The notes beneath the pieces are model-generated. The model ran no database searches. It saw only the letters and a program-made list of their open reading frames with translations, and was not told where the DNA came from. The translations under genes and the position numbers were made by a program. Shown piece by piece: positions 39,262 through 53,867 of a stretch of DNA of 64,000 nucleotides; positions within the stretch are counted from its first letter, which is position 1; each line of letters begins with the position of its first letter. Source of the DNA: Octopus vulgaris. Lineage: Eukaryota. The stretch lies in assembly GCA_951406725.2 (NCBI GenBank), contig OX597833.1, forward strand, positions 46,066,001 to 46,130,000, written 5' to 3'.

Positions 39262-39510
39262 TTAACTTAGATAGCTTAGATATATTTCGCCCAAAGATTG
39301 GCCCAGGTCATGTTTAACTTAATAACATCACCTGATAGGATCTGTTAAGTTAGTTTTAAGTTAATTTTTGTGGTATTGTGACCCATTCAAGTAGTGAGCT
39401 ATCCAAGTATAGGTATCCAAGTATAGGTGGTTTATTTGGTATTCCTTGAAGGAATTTGTCCAGGCTTCGTTTGAAGGTGATGAGATCTTTTTCTTTGATT
39501 TGTTTGCAAG
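39262..39510 (-). mobile_element. CR1-group LINE 3' end
   Basis: Minus strand KQIKEKDLITFKRSLDKFLQGIPNKPPILGY...SSLLEWV, then a short UTR with a repeated ATCTAAG tail. Confidence 0.7.
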
Positions 39511-40369
39511 CATAGACAGTCCTGACTTAGAGAACACACATACTCACGATTGACAGAATCTCCTTGATTGATAGAATATAAATAATCTTCATTGATAGAA
39601 CATACGTAGTCCTGTTTGATGCAATATGCACAGCCCTGAGTGACTGAACATACAAAGTCCTGATTGATAGAGAATATATACAGTCCTGACTGACAATCAG
39701 TAAATCAGTTTATTTTTCGTTCGACAGTCATTCCAGTTAATATATGATAGTCTTATTTAGCCCTGAGTCAGCACAGGTCCAGCAGACTTATGATTAAATG
39801 CGATCCACCTGCGACTATTTTGCTATTTTTTTTACATCAAAAACTACAATGTCCAATGTGTCTCTCCTTTGCTTTTATGAACGACAAAGAATAATTTAAA
39901 GAAAATTTGATTGCTTTATCTCGCAGTTTGAATTGTCTCAAGGAAGCTTTTTGGTTCGTTAAAATAAATTCGAATAGGAATCTATTAAGTCATGCAATTT
40001 TTTAAGCTATCGAGGAAATAATTGAAAACTCTGTTTTTATGAAGCGTCGGAATGGAAATGATTAGTGCAACAGATAGGTCACTGACGATGGGCATAGCTG
40101 ACTGAACATTCAGCCCGTTCTGGCAACAGCACGTTTTGGTGCTTGAGGCAACGCATACACGCACCCGCACACACGCAGGCGCATGCAGAAATATACAAAC
40201 AGAGATGAGAGCAAACGAAGGAGAGAGAGAAAGAGAGACATTACAATTTATTATTTGAACACAACTGACTTAAGCACTTTCTGTCTCCTCAAACACATAA
40301 AGAGAAATATGCTTAAACATATAAAAAGAGAGGGGGAGAAAGGAAGGGAGACAACGAGGTAAATACTGG

Positions 40370-41028
40370 TTTGAAATTCTGGCACAAGGTGGGCAGTTTC
40401 AGGGGAGGAGGTCAGTCGATTACATTGACCCCAGTGCTCAACTGGTACTTATTTCATCGACCTCGGCGGCATTTGATTTCAGAACGTAATGAAGGACGAA
40501 ATGCTGCTAAGTATTTTGATCGGTATGCTAACCATTCTGTCAGCTCGCTGCCTTAAACGAGGTAAATACTGGTTTCAAATTTTGGCACAAAGCCAGCAAT
40601 TCCTGAGGAGGGGGTTAAGTCGATTAAATCGATCCCAGTGCTCAACTGGTGCCTATTTTATCCTTCTTGACACGATGAAAGCAAAGTCGACCTTGGCGGA
40701 ATTTCAATTCAGAAAATAAAGTCGGACGAAATGCTGACAATTTCTAACGTGTTCACGATTCTTATTTCTTTATTGCCCACAAGGGGCTAAACATAGTGAG
40801 GACAAACAAGGACAGACGAAGGAATTAAGTCGATTACATCGACCCCAGTGCGTAACTGGTACTTAATTTACCGACCCCGAAAGGATGAAAGGCAAAGTCG
40901 ACCTCGGCGGAATTTGAACTCAGAACGTAGCGGCAGACGAAATACCGCTAAGCATTTCGCCCGGCGTGCTAACGTTTCTGCTAGCTCGCCGCCTTAACGT
41001 GTTAACGATTCTGACAGCTCGTCACCTT
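40370..41028 (-). mobile_element. Cluster of family A SINEs; a young copy (40763-40995) is nested in the head of an older one
   Basis: TSD AACGTGTT(C/A)ACGATTCT at 40746-40762 and 40996-41012. Confidence 0.9.
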
Positions 41029-42488
41029 AAACGAGATAAATATTAAAACGGGGAAAAAAAAAACCCATTAAAACATCCGATGACAAATAAGTCAGCGTTG
41101 AATCAGCAATGCCAAATAGGCGGCGCCAAAACAGCTGTGCCAGAACAACTCGTACCCACCCATACTAGACTCGAATTACCGAAATCCTTTCGCTCTCCAG
41201 AATATAACCACCGGAGAAATTGAAACACCAGATTAACGAAACTACAACTGAGACTGATGCATTTCGCTGTGAATTGTCTTGAAAATCACGACTGCACACC
41301 GTCCAAGACTGGATACAAAAGCTAGCCAATCAACCAGGTGTCTCGCACCACAGGTGTCTAATTTAAAACAAGCCTAGAAATGATATAGATGTATTCGATT
41401 TCAAGTTGTAGCTAGCATATATCACCTCTGAACTAGCTCCAACCTGAACCAGTCTTACATATTTATATATTCATATACCTCATTGTTAATATTATTTTGT
41501 CAGTCTAATATGCTTGCATTTCGAACATGACACCAGTTGAATATTAATTAATGTCGAGAAAATTTATGCGTTGTTGTCTAGAAAACTGACTGTTATTGTC
41601 GCCAAGAATGTATCGACTAATTGGAAATGTGTAAATTTAGTAAAAAGAATTCGAGATATATTATGTATATGTATGCATAGTTTTGCATGTGAGTAGGGTA
41701 TGTTGTCTGCGTTGTTCAACATTTAGTTTAGTTTGGTGGACTAAGAACTGGTTAAAAGAGAAAGGTGGTAAACAGTTTTTTCTCTCTCACCAAACTTTAT
41801 TTACAATATTATCTTAAGAAAAAAGAAAGTACATTTACTCGATCTGTTGCGCTCAGTAAGTGTATCGAGGGTCGTGATTTCGATAAAAGATTACATTCGT
41901 GGAGACTGACTTAAATTTAAATGTTGTTGATAAAACTCAACAAGTGGAAAACACTTGGGCTAGCTTCATACGTGGAAATAAACAGTTCTGTGACACAACG
42001 TGTCATCCGTTTTCTTTTATAGACACCATGGTGTAGCTTGAGGAAGATTTGGCTGTTGTTTCTAAAAGATAAAGGTCGGTACGTTCACTGCGAAAATTCC
42101 TCCAGATCCATTAAGTTAAACTGAACGCCAAAAAATAGAAGATATAACAATCTTGCATATCCCAATGTAATGTAAATGAGCACCTACAAGATATAATGAG
42201 TAATGTATATTCCCGATAAAGAAGTTGTGTTGATGTGCGTTAAAAAATCTTTCTCTTATCTCCATGTAAATGAGAAAACGAAGCAAATATTATGAAACAT
42301 ATCCATGATCAAGTTAATGGATTTTATAGTGAAGTTCGTAATTTTGAGTAAGTTCGGGTGACGTTGAGCCGTGGATTTGAAATGGTGTCCATATGACACT
42401 TGGGGAGTCATTATAAGATTTTGTTGCAATAATTTATGAGCAATATTCAAAATACTTTAGTAATTTTTTAGTACAATTCCTAATAATA

Positions 42489-42879
42489 TCTCTATATATA
42501 TAAAGCTGAAGTTGTCTGTGTATGGCAGGTTTGGTAACCTTCAACTAACACTATCTCCTCCGAGACCCAGCGGCGCAAGTTGACCAAAATTGAGAGTATG
42601 ATAGATGAAGGCTTGCTCTCTCTTCCGTAGAAAATAAAATTCAAATCGGACCATGTTAACACCAAAATTTATTTATATCAAAAAGGTGCTTTTTTTCTAT
42701 GAAAGTCCCTATTTTTTAACGATTTTTGACTGCTGTGTCGCCATTTTTCGGTGTATTTCAACCAGAAAAATGTTCACTTAAAGAGAATAACAAGCTACAT
42801 AATGCAAAATTTTTACTTTTCAAAATTCCAATTCTAAAGGGTCGAAACAAACCCGAGCAACGCCGGGCGATACTGCTAG
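42489..42879 (+). mobile_element. Non-autonomous Helitron
   Basis: A|TCTCTATATATATAAAG start; CCCGAGC-AAC-GCCGGG hairpin; CTAG|T end. The right flank (to about 42993) resembles the hAT MITE at 9003-9134. Confidence 0.85.
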
Positions 42880-44804
42880 TTTAACTATAAAAATATAATA
42901 TGATTTTTTAAACATCGAATGGTTATGAGCGTCCATCCGGATGAAATAGGAATCAAAGAGGTCCATAAGTAAAAGCATGATGAAGAACCACTGGCGTAGA
43001 GAGAAGAGGAAACTGATGGCTTAAGACTTACCTTTTTCTCTACTAAGCCATGAGAACTTATCCCAACTCATTATCTTCACTGTTTCCTTGAAGTCTGTCC
43101 TTAATTGTTTCTACAGTAATTAAAATAAGTGTCTCATCTATTTCCTTACACACATCTGTCAGCTGATCAATCTTCTAAAAGTTGTTTTTTGTTGTTGTTG
43201 TTGTTTTTTTTTCATAAATACGAATACTTAAGGAATACGTCCAATGTATTTAGTAACACTCGAGTAGTAATACCACAAAATATAAAAGCAATGTCGCATT
43301 GAATAATTCACATGACTACCCTCCAATTTCTTGTGTATAATAAGCGTAGATTTAATGGTCAAAGCAAGATCATAAGTATATATTTATAATACTTGAGAGA
43401 GAAATTAATCAACACTATTCACATGAGAACTAAGTTATTAGTAGAGCCATCACATGTTACGCTAAATAAGTATAAGTGTTCAGTAATTTTGAGTAGGGAC
43501 ACGGAATTGTTGAACTATTGAGAGTCACTGAGGCATTTACATATATTGCACTTGAATCAAAGACAAAGATTCATTACAGGTCACGAGGTTAAAATTGTCA
43601 GTAAAAAGAGCCGTTCCTCTGAAAATAATACTATCGAGATGGTCATGGGGCATGAATAGTTAAGATTATCTGCAGACAGTTGGAACGAAGACGTTATGTA
43701 CATGAGATGAAAAAGTATGGAAAAAATCAAGCCAAAATGGCGTCTGCGTTGTTGATCAACATGTAAGAAAATCCAGCCAAAACTCCTTCAAATCATATAC
43801 TACCGCCCCACCCAAAAGGAAAGGACAGACACATTGATTAATATATTTCTAATTTGTCCTAAAATTCAGGCTGGTCACGGCTAGATTGTCTTTTATGAAG
43901 CTAGCTCGATCAGGACTGCTACAGTATTAAATAACATCAACAGAGACATGAATGATAGACGGACGGACTCAATCAAGATATCGAACAAAAGTACGGAAAA
44001 AAATGTGAAAGCAGTTAGGTTCTCAGTAAACAGAAGCAAACTACCCACACATTTTAAGGAAAATAAGGATCGATTAAATAGACGCCAATATTTGATTGAC
44101 TGATTAGATTAGTTATTTTTATTGAATACGAAAGGATAACAGGCAAAGTATATCCTAGAGTAATAAAAAAACAAAACACTGAATATATCCTTCGAGTATA
44201 TCCTTGAAGTAAGAATAAGCCTGTGAGCTTCAGGATTAATGGGGGATTACTAAATAAATTATCCCGAGTTAAGATATAGTAATAGTTTGCAGCTTGCCTC
44301 TCTAGATTCATGAAAATAGTTAAACTCAATACAACAAATCTTCGAAGCATTACTCAGTTAAACGGTATCCTGTTCGGGTACGTAGTTCTGAGTAATGCCC
44401 GTGCCAGCTAAGTACGTAACCCAGTTAAAATTCTTCTTTAACTATAAATTATTAACCAAGAGTTATATCGGCCAATACCAAATATACACACACACGCACA
44501 CACACACACACACACACACGTCTGTGTGTGTGTGTATGTGTGCATAATAATCAGGTAAGTATTAGATAGCTGAAAAGAACAGCTAGCATGGTACCGTAGG
44601 CTACAGGTAGCAAGCCCACTACGCATGCAAGACTCAAGGAGCTCCAACAAAACCTGTGATGAAGAGAAATAATAATAATAATAATAATAATAATCCTTTC
44701 TACTGGAAGCATAAGGCCTCATATTTGGGGAGAAGGAATTAAGTCGGCCTTAGTGCATTTTTTTCTCTCTAGTTTCAGCTCAGAGCCGCGGTTATGCTGA
44801 TGCA

Positions 44805-45045
44805 CCGACATGAGAGCAGAGCAAACCCAAAACAAATGCTCTGTTGAGGACAGCTAGGATCTTGAGATCGGTACTCAGATGTTGAATATCTCCCCACGAT
44901 AAATTTAACAACCAAGTATCAAAGCTTATAATGTGCAGGAAGAGACCCTGTGAGACCTCTGACAGCAGGCTGCTGTCTGCTCCTACAGAATCTACCAGAA
45001 CAAACAAGACCGAATGTTCTGAGAAGTAAAACAAAATAATAATAA
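44805..45045 (+). mobile_element. Dong/R4 LINE extreme 3' end
   Basis: ALLRTARILRSVLRC* matches the LLGTARILRKVL consensus; followed by a UTR and (AAT)n tail. Confidence 0.65.
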
Positions 45046-45064
45046 TAAAAATAAATAAATAAAT

Positions 45065-45467
45065 AGGCGCAGGAGTGGCTGTGTGGTAAGTAGCCTGCTA
45101 ACCAACCACATGGTTCCGGGTTCAGCCCCACTACGTGGCACCTTGGGCAAGTGTCTTCTGCTATAGCCCCGGGCCGACCAATGCCTTGTGAGTGGATTTG
45201 GTAGACGGAAACTGAAAGAAGCCTGTCGTATATATGTATATATATATATGTGTGTGTGTGTCTGTGTTTGTCCCCCTAGCATTCCTTGACAACCGATGCT
45301 GGTGTGTTTACGTCCCCGTTACTTAGCGGTTCGGCAAAAAGAGACCGATAGAATAAGTACTGGGCTTACAAAAAGAATAAGTCCCGGGGTCGAGTTGCTC
45401 AACTACAGGCGGTGCTCCAGCATGGCCGCAGTCAAATGACTGAAACAAGTAAAAGAGTAAGAGTAAA
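45065..45467 (+). mobile_element. SINE family B, young
   Basis: Full-length match to family B. Confidence 0.95.
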
Positions 45468-45669
45468 GTGTAAATAAATTAATTGATTAATTAATTAATT
45501 TAACAACAACCACTGCCGTTGATATAATCCGCACCGCTGAAAGCCTTTAATGGTAAAAAATATTACCATTCAAAAAATATTCCCTTATCCTAAATCCATT
45601 CCTAGGACGTCATGTGCGTCCCAGTTAAAAAGTCTTTGTTTCTATAAACACAAATACATACACACACAC

Positions 45670-45700
<31 letters not shown>

Positions 45701-46550
45701 TGTATGTATGTATGTATGTATGTATGTATGTATGTATGTATGCATGCATGCATGTTTGTATGTGTGTATGTGTGTGTATGTGTGTGTGTGTATAATATAA
45801 ATATTTGTATGTATGTATGTATGTATGTATGTATGTATGAATGTATGTATGTATGTATGTATGCTTGTATGTTTGTATGTATGTATGTATGTATGTATGT
45901 ATGTATGTATGCATGTTTGTATGTATGTATGTATGTAAGTATGTATGTATGTATGAATGTATGTATGTATGTATGAATGTATGTATGTATGTATGCATGT
46001 TTGTATGTATGTATGTATGTATGTTTGTATGTATGTATGTATGTATGCATGTTTGTATGTATGTATGTATGTATGTATGTATGTATGTATGTGTGTATGT
46101 ATGTATGTATGTATGCATGTATGTATGCATGTGTGTATGTATGTATGTATGTATGTATGTATGTATGTATGTATGTATGTATGTATGTATGTATGTATGT
46201 ATGTATGTATGTATGTATGTATGTATGTACGTATGTACGTATGCATGTGTGTATGTATGTATGTATGTATGTCTGTATGTATGTATGTATGCATGTATGT
46301 ATGTATGTATGTATGTATGTATGTATGTATGTATGTATGTATGTATGTATGTGTGTATGTGTGTATGTATGTATGTATGTATGTATGTATGTATGTATGT
46401 ATGTATGTATGTATGTATGTATGTATGTGTGTATATATGTATGTATGTGTGTATGTATGTATGTATGTATGTATGTATGTATGTATGTATGTATGTATGT
46501 ATGTATGTATGTGTGTGTGTGTATAATATAAATATTTGTATGTATGTATA
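45670..46550. repeat. (TATG)n field
   Basis: Direct reading; GTGTATAATATAAATATTTGTATG occurs at about 45790 and about 46520. Confidence 0.95.
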
Positions 46551-46811
46551 TGTGGTCTGTGTTACCAGAATGAATCATGTAGTGTTTATGCTGTTTCTTA
46601 GTTACAAACTTCTGGAATGTATGTAATGTATACAATTGCTTACCTGTACTCGTTGACCATTGCAATGTGATTTATTATTATTAAATGATTATTACCTTTC
46701 GCCTGTTTTTTTTTTTTACCTTTTACACCTTCCACGTTTGTTTGTAATGAATTTGTATTGAAAACATTCTAAATTTTATGCTGTGAGGTGCTGTGGCTAA
46801 TAACGGGAACT

Positions 46812-47138
<327 letters not shown>

Positions 47139-47674
47139 TGAGAGAGCAGTGCATGCCATCAAAGTGACACTGGGGTAAAATATACGAAGCCCAATATACC
47201 CATCCTGACTACCCGTCTGATAAGGGTACACCAGGCACATGCATCACAACCATGTGTGCGCGACATGGTGATCTCATATCAAGATAAGCAGCACATGACC
47301 TTGCAGGTGGGGGCCCAGTTAGAATTTTCTTCTGGTCGAGTAACCCATCCCGCTCAAAAGGTCCCTGAATAAGGGTTGTTGAACAAAACCCCCATGTTTC
47401 CAGAGGCGAATTATTCAAACCCCAAAGAATCCCTCTCGACACATGGCTATGATGCTCCCCCACTACTTCTGCTCGTGATCGGAGATGCACATATCGTCAG
47501 CCACTAAGGGACATGCTCAACTGGTTAAGGTCAAACAACTGACAAGCAAATCTGTGGTATTGAGCAGAATATTAGCTGTAGCCCATCTTTTATACCAAGA
47601 CAAAACAATGTGCATGATAAGACTTCCAATCAGTTATGGTAAGTTATGAAAGCCACTGCCTTGTACTGCATCAG
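47139..47674 (-). mobile_element. (AAT)n-tailed retroelement of about 540 bp inside an (ATT)n tract
   Basis: Homologous to 30491-31018; (ATT)n on both flanks. Confidence 0.8.
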
Positions 47675-47677
47675 TAC

Positions 47678-47742
<65 letters not shown>

Positions 47743-47743
<1 letters not shown>

Positions 47744-48095
47744 GGCAGCGAGCTGGCAAAGTCGTTCGCACGCCGGGTGAAATGCTTAGCGGTATTTCGT
47801 CTGCCGCTACGTTCTGAGGTCGAATTCCGCCGAGGTCGACTTTGCTTTTCATCCTTTCGGGGTCGATTAAATATGTACCAGTTATGCACTGGGGTCGATG
47901 TAATCGACTTAACCCCTTTGTCTGTCCTTGTTTGTCCCCTCTGTGTTTAGTCCCTTGTGGGCAATAAAGAAATAAGAATCGTTAGCAAGCCGGGCAAAAT
48001 GCTTAGTAGAGGTCGACATTGCCTCTGTTGTTTCGGGGTCGAGTAAAAACCACTCGCCCCAAAAATTTGTGGCCTTGTGACAAAATTTGCAAACA
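47743..48095 (+). mobile_element. SINE family A followed by an older family A remnant
   Basis: Junction AAATAAG|AATCGTTAGC at about 47975. Confidence 0.9.
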
Positions 48096-50229
48096 ATATT
48101 TATAAAACGAGGAATTTGTCCCACGGGCCTCGTTAGTTAAGAAGTAATCACTCAGTGTAAATTTACATAGGCATCAAGGCGCATATAATTGCATAGACAC
48201 ACGCGCACACACATACAGATACGCACGCACACACACACACACTTCTATATATATATATACACACACACATGCACATGCATAAACGCACGCACACAAATAT
48301 ACGTACGCAGATACACATATGCATACACTCTTTAGGCCTGGTACTTATTTTACCGCTCGATTTTGCTGAACCTCTAAGTTGCAGATACACACATGCATAC
48401 ACACACACATACATACACATACACACACACGCACACGCACACACACACACACACACACACACGCACGCACACACACACGGTGTATTCTAAATGCTTTGAG
48501 CTTAACTGTTCTTCCCTATTAAACAGCTAAAATGTCTTCTTTTTCTTCTGTCATGTGTGTGTGTGTGTCTATGTACACGCGTTGCTCTGTGTGTGTGTAT
48601 GTGTGTGTGAGTGTATGTGTATATGTGTGCTCTAGCGTTGTTCTGAGTGCATGTGTGCGTACGTGCGTGTATCTGACTGTAAGCCTATGTGTTTACGTGT
48701 CCGTGTGAGCGTGCGCATAAATAATCTACATACATACATACATACATAAATACACACATACATACATACATACATACATACATACATACATACATACATA
48801 CATACATACATACATACATACACAGAGGACAGCTGAAAAGAAACAAAACATTTCATTGTTCAATATTATTTATGATAAACTACGAAGAAGTCATTGGCCA
48901 GATCCCGAGAGATAATGGACATTTTGTGACACTTTATAGCAAACAATACGATTGCAAACTAATACAAAAATCAATCTAGTGATCCATTATAATGTATATA
49001 CAAATACATTAAAAAAAAACCGCCATGTACATTTATATATTTTAAGATATAGGCGCAGGAGTGGCTGTGTGGTAAGTAGCTTGTTTGCCAACCACATGGT
49101 TCCAGAGACAGTCCCATAGCGTGGCACTTGATAAATTGCTAGAAGTAGCAGCTTATTCTCGCCTTCAAAATCAACTCATTAACTATGATGAAAAGAGACG
49201 GATACGTAGTCACTGAGGATATTGCAAACAGAGAAGGGCCTACCGGTCGTTTCAGATCTTATATCTGCATGACATCTTTTACCAAACACATGGTTCCAGG
49301 TTCAGTCCAACTGCGTGGCACTTGGGCAAGTGTCTTTTACTATAGCCTCGGGCCGACCAAAGCCTTGTGAGTGGATTTGGTAGACGAAAACTGAAAGAAG
49401 CTCGTCGTCTTTATAATACCCCACTTTAGTCTTCTTTAAAATTGGCTTCAAATTTTGGCCACAATTTTCAGGGTAGGGTGTAAGTCAATTAAATCGATCC
49501 CCAGTACTCAACGATTACTTATTTTATCGACTCCAGAAGGATGAAAGACAAAGTTGACCTTAGAAGAATTTGAACGTTCTTTCGAGTTTGATAAAATAAG
49601 CACCAGTTGAACACTGGGGTTGATGTAATCGACTTACCCCTCCCCTGAAATTGCTGGTCTTGTGCCAAAATTTGAGACCAAAATTAGTCAAATGACTGAA
49701 ACAAGTAAAAGAGTAAAAGAGTAAAAGGGATCCATAGGTCAAAAATATAGTTGAAAACGACTGCGCTGAACTCTTTATGACGATTCTCCAGCATGGTCGC
49801 ACTCCAATGAGTGAAGCCAGTGAAATAAAACATATAAAACATACAAGACACGTCTGCATTCTTTTCATAATTTATTTCTGTTAGGGATTATATCGGTGCG
49901 AAAGAACAATATAAATATTTCAAAGTCAAACAATGTACTACGAGCTGGTGACGTTGCCATTTTGCATTGTTTAAAAGTCTTAAAGCTCTCTTTAATTTTC
50001 AACTTTGGTTATTTCTTTTGAAATCTCTTCTTTAGAAAAAAAAAGAAAAAGTTCAGGGAGTCCTACGTTGTAGGAATTTGGAGATAAGACACAATGTACC
50101 AAAAAGACAGATTCTTCTTTCTTCATAAGCGGAATAGTTTACCGAAAAGTAGAGACCCGAAGTTAAACAAGGGTTTTGGAAGTAAAGAATATAATAAATA
50201 AATGGAATAATTTCGGGCATTGTTTTGAA

Positions 50230-50265
50230 ATGTGTGTATGTGTGTGTGGGGGTGGTGCGTGTGTA

Positions 50266-50306
<41 letters not shown>

Positions 50307-51563
50307 GTGCTTGTGTGTGTGTGTGAAACTATGTTTGTATTTGCACAACTTTGTGTGAATAAGTGTGTGCGTGCGTGTGCGTGTGCACGTACGCGTGTGT
50401 GCGTGTGCACGTGTGTGTATGTGTGTCGAACTATGTATTTGTACGTCGTGTGTGTGTGTATGTGCGTGCAACTGTGCGCACGTCACTGTGTGTGTGTGTG
50501 TGTTCTGAGTGTGTATGTATGTGTATGAGCGTGTGGGTGGAGTATGAGTGTATGATGTGTATATATGCGCGCACACACGCGTACGCGTCAGTGTGTGTGT
50601 ATATATGTGATTGTGGGTGTCATTGGTGTGTGTGTGTGTGTGTGTGTGTATGTGTCTGCGTGTCTGATTGTGAGAGCGTGCACCCCGTCAGTGTGTATGT
50701 GTGTCTGGGTGTGAATGTGTGTGCCAGTGTGTGTGCGTTTGTGTGTGTGTGTGCGTGTGTGCGTGTGTGTGTGTGTGCGTGTGTGCGAGTGTCAGAGCGT
50801 GCACCCGTCAATGTGTATCTGTGTATGAGTGTGAATGTGTGCGCGAGTGTGTGTGTGTGTGTTTTGTGTGTGTGTGTTTGTATGTGTGCGTATCTGATTG
50901 TGAGAGCGTGCACCCGTCAGTGTGTATGTGTGTGTATGTGTGTGTGTGTGTGTGTGTATGTGTGTGTGTATGTGTGCTTGCGCGCGCTTTAAAAACGTGG
51001 TGGTAAGCGGGAAAGGATTTTCTCCATTGAGACGAAGGAATTTCCCCAACTAAGCCAAGCAGTGCCTGCTCCGGTTTGCACCGATTGCTGACCCAATGCG
51101 ACAGTCGCTAGGGTAAGCACTCTGAGAATGACACAGCAGAATGTACTATGCAAATAGATACTGGCAGTTGACATGTACGTACCTATGTATGTATGTATGT
51201 ATGTATGTATGTATGTATGTATGTATGTATGTATGTATGTATGTATGTATGTATGTGCGTGTGTATATGTATGTATGTATATATGTATGTATGTGCGTAC
51301 GTTTGCATGTATGTATATATGTATGTATGTGTGTGTGTGCATGTATGTATGTATGTGTGTGCGCATGTATGTATGTATGTATGTACGTATGTATGTGTGT
51401 GTGTGTTTATGTATGTATGTATGTATGTATGTGTGTCTATGTGTGTATGTATGCATGTATGTATGTGTGTATGTGTGTGGGTATGTATGTATGTGTGTGT
51501 ATGTATGTATGTATGTATGTATGTGTGTATGTATGTATGTATGTATGCATGAATGTATGTATG

Positions 51564-51594
<31 letters not shown>

Positions 51595-52015
51595 GTGTGT
51601 GTATGTATCTATGTAAGTATGCGCGTGTGTATATGTATGTGTGTATGTGTGTGTAAGTGTCTGTATGTATATATGTATGTATGGCATGTATGTATGTGTG
51701 TATGTATATATGTGTGTGTATATATGTGCATATATGTATATATCTATGCATGTATGTGCGTGTGTATATGTATGTATGCATGTGTGTATGTATTTATGCA
51801 TGTATGTATGTATGTATGTGTATGTATGTATGTATGTATTTAAGTATGTATATGTATGTATATATGTACGTAAGAGTATATGTATGGGTGTATGCTTGCA
51901 TGTATGTATGTATGTGAATGTGTATGTATGTATGTCTCTACGTATGTGTGTGTATGTATGTGTTTAAGTATGTATATGTATGTATATATGTATGTAAGAG
52001 TGTATGTATGGGTGT
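50230..52015. repeat. Degenerate (TG)n and (TATG)n fields
   Basis: Direct reading; GAGCGTGCACCC(C)GTCA recurs three times (about 50674, 50796, 50904). Confidence 0.9.
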
Positions 52016-52456
52016 ATGCATGGCTGTGTGGTAAGGAACTTGCTTCCTAACCATATGGTTTAGGGTTCAGTCCCACTGCGTGGCATCTTGGGCATGATTA
52101 TAGCCTCGGACCAACCAAAGCTTTGTGAATGGATTTGGCTGACGGAAACTGGAAGAAGCCCGTCGTATATAAATATATGTATATATTAGGATGTGTATAT
52201 ATATGTATATATTAGTGTGTGCATGTGTGTGTGTGTGTGCGTGTGTGTCTGTGTGTGTTTCTTCTGCCATCGCTTGACAACCGATGCTGGTGTGTTTATG
52301 TCATCGTAACTTAACACTTCGGCAAAAGTAAATGATAAAATAAGTACTAGGCTTACAAAGAATAAGTCTTGGGGTCGATTTATTCGACTAACACTCTTTA
52401 AGGAGGTGCTCTAGCATGGTCGCAGTCAAATGACTGAAACAAGTAAAAGAATAAAA
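52013..52456 (+). mobile_element. SINE family B
   Basis: Match to the family B head, core and tail. Confidence 0.9.
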
Positions 52457-52740
52457 GCATGTATGTATGTATGTATGTATGTATGTATGTATGTATGTAT
52501 GTATGTATATATGTATGTATGCATGTATGTATGTATATGTATATGCGTATGTCTAAGTATTTATGTATGTGTGCATGTATGTGTTGATGTATAACTATAT
52601 ATATGCAGATGTAGGTATCTTTGTATGTGTGTATGATTTTTATGTATGTAGATATGTGTATGTATGTATAAGGCAAGCTACTATAAATCGGCACGAACTT
52701 TCCGGACAATCCAATATATATATATAAGTTGATCTAAGTT

Positions 52741-52825
<85 letters not shown>

Positions 52826-52829
<4 letters not shown>

Positions 52830-53071
52830 CCTTTTAAAGCATAGCCAGGCTCATGGGCCCGGTTTCCTGCTTTCAATGGCGTATGTATTCCAAAGCTTGA
52901 CGGGACGCCAGTCCATCGCAGCGTTACTCATTTTCACCAGCTGAGTGGACTGGAGCAACGTGAAATAAAGTGTTTTGCTCAAGAACACAACGCGTCGCCG
53001 GTCCAGGAATCAAAACCACATTCTTACGATGATGATGCTGACACCCTAACCACTAAGCCACGCGCCTCCAC
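52826..53071 (-). mobile_element. SINE family C
   Basis: Near-identical to 20860-21109. Confidence 0.9.
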
Positions 53072-53072
53072 A

Positions 53073-53257
<185 letters not shown>

Positions 53258-53529
53258 TCGAAACATGGAGTAGACGAAGCAGGGGCAACTGAAGAAGGGG
53301 AATATTCCTTGTGTTGCATGTCTTGTACTCTGTTTTATCGTTGTTTAAAAAAAGTCCGTTTCCATGGTTATGTTTTCGTTTCTCATTGTGTTCGACGTTT
53401 TTTTTTTGGTGTCCTGTACCCATATATGCATGTATATATACATACAGATGTAGGTATGTACATATATGTATGTATATATGCATATGTTTTATTTATTATT
53501 TTGTTATTATATATATATACATACATACA

Positions 53530-53621
<92 letters not shown>

Positions 53622-53625
<4 letters not shown>

Positions 53626-53825
53626 GGAGTGAACACATAAATGTGAAACAAGGTGGAAAAAAGAGTACTCAAATACCAGGGGTAGAGTAATATGCTTTAT
53701 TTAAAAGCAGCAGAAATTTAACAAAACCTGTTACTCGGAGTTTCACGTTCCCGTTCGTCCGACGAACGGGAACGTGAAACTCCCAGTAACAGGTTTTGTT
53801 GAATTTCTGCTGCTTTTAAATAAAG
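53622..53825 (+). mobile_element. PLE-like element in (TA)n with a 131-bp palindrome centred on the hammerhead core
   Basis: Arms 53695-53759 and 53761-53825 with 2 mismatches and a 1-nt spacer. Confidence 0.75.
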
Positions 53826-53836
53826 TATATATATAT

Positions 53837-53867
<31 letters not shown>

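Larger units (their letters stand above)
38345..39695. repeat. Old minisatellite of about 24-bp units (AGTCCTGATTGATAGAATATACAT-like) split by insertions
   Basis: Periodic TCCTGATTGA-like motifs at 38345-38545, 39203-39260 and 39510-39695. Confidence 0.7.

Noticed and set aside
41180-41365. Possible exon after TTTCGCTCTCCAG
   Set aside because: All three frames reach a stop within about 40 nt.
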